From Hormiphora californensis (Eukaryota; Animalia; Ctenophora): DNA of 64,000 nt. The stretch lies in assembly GCA_020137815.1 (NCBI GenBank), contig CM035359.1, positions 7,874,001-7,938,000 of the forward strand, read 5' to 3'. The notes below the pieces were generated by a model. It was not told where the DNA came from. It worked only from the letters and a program-made list of their open reading frames with translations, and did no database searches. This document shows positions 62,130 through 64,000 of this stretch, piece by piece. How positions within the stretch are numbered: the stretch's first letter is position 1; every line of letters begins with the position of its first letter. Both the position numbers and the translations under genes were made by a program.

Positions 62130-63983
62130 GTGGAGGAAAGGTGGTCAAAGACAACCTACCCTTCCAAGACTGATGACCAGCTTAGATCCCAACTGAGATC
62201 TATAACTCAGTCGGGACTCCTTTCACCACAGAAGCTGATGGAAATCAGAACAGCGGCCGTAGCCGACCGTGAAGCAACTGAATCGGCACGACAGGCTGTG
62301 GTAGAGGACAACCCACCCCCAGAAACTATTGAACCCCCCACAAACCCAGTGGAAGAGGAAGAGGAAGAGGAAGGGCCATCACCGAACCCTGAAATCGTGG
62401 AGCAGTTCAAGAAACTACTCGAGGAACCAAGCTCCATCAAAGTCACCGACTTGAGGCATGTCCCCTGGGGGAAGCTACGAGTGGCAATTGACCGACTCAG
62501 CCCGGTAATCAAGTCCTTTGAAACTCCAGACCTTACCACACTGAACACGCTACTGATGGCCGTAGCCCATGTGGTCCGAGAACAGATGGGCGTGAAGGCA
62601 CCAAGCGAACCCACCAACATCACCCCCAGAAGGAATAAACAACCTATGTGGCTGCGACGACTCGAAGAGAGTGTCGCCAAGCTTCGCTCAGACCTCTCCA
62701 GGCTGACCGAAATGAGCAGAGGTGCCACCCACAAGTTCCAAACTATAGATATTATCTATAGAAGATACCCGCTGCTGCCCAAGAAGGGCTATAAACAAGT
62801 TATAGAAGAAGTGAAGCAGAGACTGCTAGCGAAGGCCGGAAAGATTAAGAGATACAAAAAGAAGCAGCAGACATTCGTTGACAACAACCTGTTCCAGAAC
62901 AACCAACGAAACTTTTACCGGAAACTGGAGAAACGTGGATCGGACCCCACGCCACTCGATTGTACTCCAGAAGACCAGAACAGGACGCTTAACTTCTGGA
63001 AAAATATCTGGGAAAACGAGGCTGGTCATAACACTGAAGCAGAATGGTTTGACGGAGTCCAGGAGAACTTTGAAACAGTCAGCCAACAGGAAGAGTTTCA
63101 GATCACCACGGAAAGAGTTGCAGCCCGGGTGAAAGGAATGACCAACTGGTCAACCCCAGGTATAGATGGTCTCCACGCCTTCTGGATTAAACACACGACT
63201 TGCCTCCATGGTCGGATAGCTGAGCTACTCAATGACAGTCTCATTACGAGTCAAGTCCCGGCATGGATGACTGAAGGCAGGACCTTCCTCCTGATTAAAG
63301 ACCCCAAGAAGGGTATGTCAAACCCGGGGAACTTTAGACCCATAACCTGCCTTCCGAACCTCTGGAAGCTGTATACAGGAATATTATCAGAGGACATCTA
63401 CCAGCACCTCGATGTAAACGGGCTCTTTCCGGAAGAGCAGAAGGGGTGCCGCAAAAAGAGTCGAGGATGTAAAGAACAACTAGCAATTGACAAACTTATC
63501 CTACGTCATTGCAAACGCTCAAAGTCTTCCTTGTATATGGCTTTCATAGACTACCAGAAGGCATACGACTCGATCCCCCACTCCTGGATCCTTAAGTCAA
63601 TGGAGATGTGCGGGATAAACCCTCAGATAATCCGACTATTCGAGTCATCATTCCAGCAGTGTATTGTCAACATCGTCCAATCTGGGTCAGACTTAGGTAA
63701 AATACACATCAAGAGAGGCCTCTTCCAAGGAGACTCCGTCTCCCCTATTCACTTTATTATAGGCCTGATCCCCCTGTCCATGCTCCTAGCTGCCCAAGGA
63801 AGAGGCTACACCATATCTAACCCAGTAGCTCCAGATCCAGATATTAGTATCAACCACCGCCTATACATGGACGATCTTAAGCTGTATGCCAGCTCGAAAG
63901 AGGACCTTCAGCAGCTCTTAGCAGTCACTGAGAAGTTTAGCACTGACATCAACATGTCCTTTGGTCTATCCAAGTGCGGATAG
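62130..63983 (+). CDS. R4/NeSL-like (RLE-type) non-LTR retrotransposon ORF, incomplete at both ends
   Basis: Motifs PMWLRRLE, LFQNNQRNFY, NWSTPGIDG, FRPITCL, EQKGC, IDYQKAYDSIPHSWI, GLFQGDS, YMDD, FGLSKC, then a premature stop. No APE domain. Confidence 0.88.
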   Translation: MEERWSKTTYPSKTDDQLRSQLRSITQSGLLSPQKLMEIRTAAVADREATESARQAVVEDNPPPETIEPPTNPVEEEEEEEGPSPNPEIVEQFKKLLEEPSSIKVTDLRHVPWGKLRVAIDRLSPVIKSFETPDLTTLNTLLMAVAHVVREQMGVKAPSEPTNITPRRNKQPMWLRRLEESVAKLRSDLSRLTEMSRGATHKFQTIDIIYRRYPLLPKKGYKQVIEEVKQRLLAKAGKIKRYKKKQQTFVDNNLFQNNQRNFYRKLEKRGSDPTPLDCTPEDQNRTLNFWKNIWENEAGHNTEAEWFDGVQENFETVSQQEEFQITTERVAARVKGMTNWSTPGIDGLHAFWIKHTTCLHGRIAELLNDSLITSQVPAWMTEGRTFLLIKDPKKGMSNPGNFRPITCLPNLWKLYTGILSEDIYQHLDVNGLFPEEQKGCRKKSRGCKEQLAIDKLILRHCKRSKSSLYMAFIDYQKAYDSIPHSWILKSMEMCGINPQIIRLFESSFQQCIVNIVQSGSDLGKIHIKRGLFQGDSVSPIHFIIGLIPLSMLLAAQGRGYTISNPVAPDPDISINHRLYMDDLKLYASSKEDLQQLLAVTEKFSTDINMSFGLSKCG

Positions 63984-64000
63984 CCTCATCACAGCAATCA

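Overview
Repeat-dense animal genomic DNA with no prokaryotic features and no recognisable rRNA, tRNA or CRISPR array. It is probably a pleurobrachiid ctenophore, inferred only from a 109-bp MITE I recall from Pleurobrachia gene models. Most of the window is nested, mostly non-autonomous transposons: Helitron arrays, Helentron/HINE elements, and Kolobok-, Merlin-, Academ-, piggyBac-, Harbinger-, hAT-, Tc1- and Transib-type elements. It also holds three long LINE ORFs (RTE, LOA/R1-like, R4-like), two LINE relics and many (GA)n/(CT)n tracts. Host genes seen are a minus-strand Sushi-like exon at the left edge and a phase-consistent 5-exon plus-strand model (16122-42890) for a ~175-aa secreted protein of unknown family. 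Four observations stand out. (1) An 892-bp Transib-type element has ends that read like a V(D)J 12/23 RSS pair (CACAGTG, 12- or 22-bp spacer, ACAAA...). (2) A 12.6-kb TTAA-flanked Kolobok-type composite carries exon-like cargo and a LINE. (3) That LINE is TSD-bounded, has no ORF1, and its 5' region holds six motifs with conserved flanks and covarying hairpins. (4) Head-to-tail arrays are built from different Helitron units. All calls are by eye, and superfamily names rest on termini and TSD rules rather than database searches.
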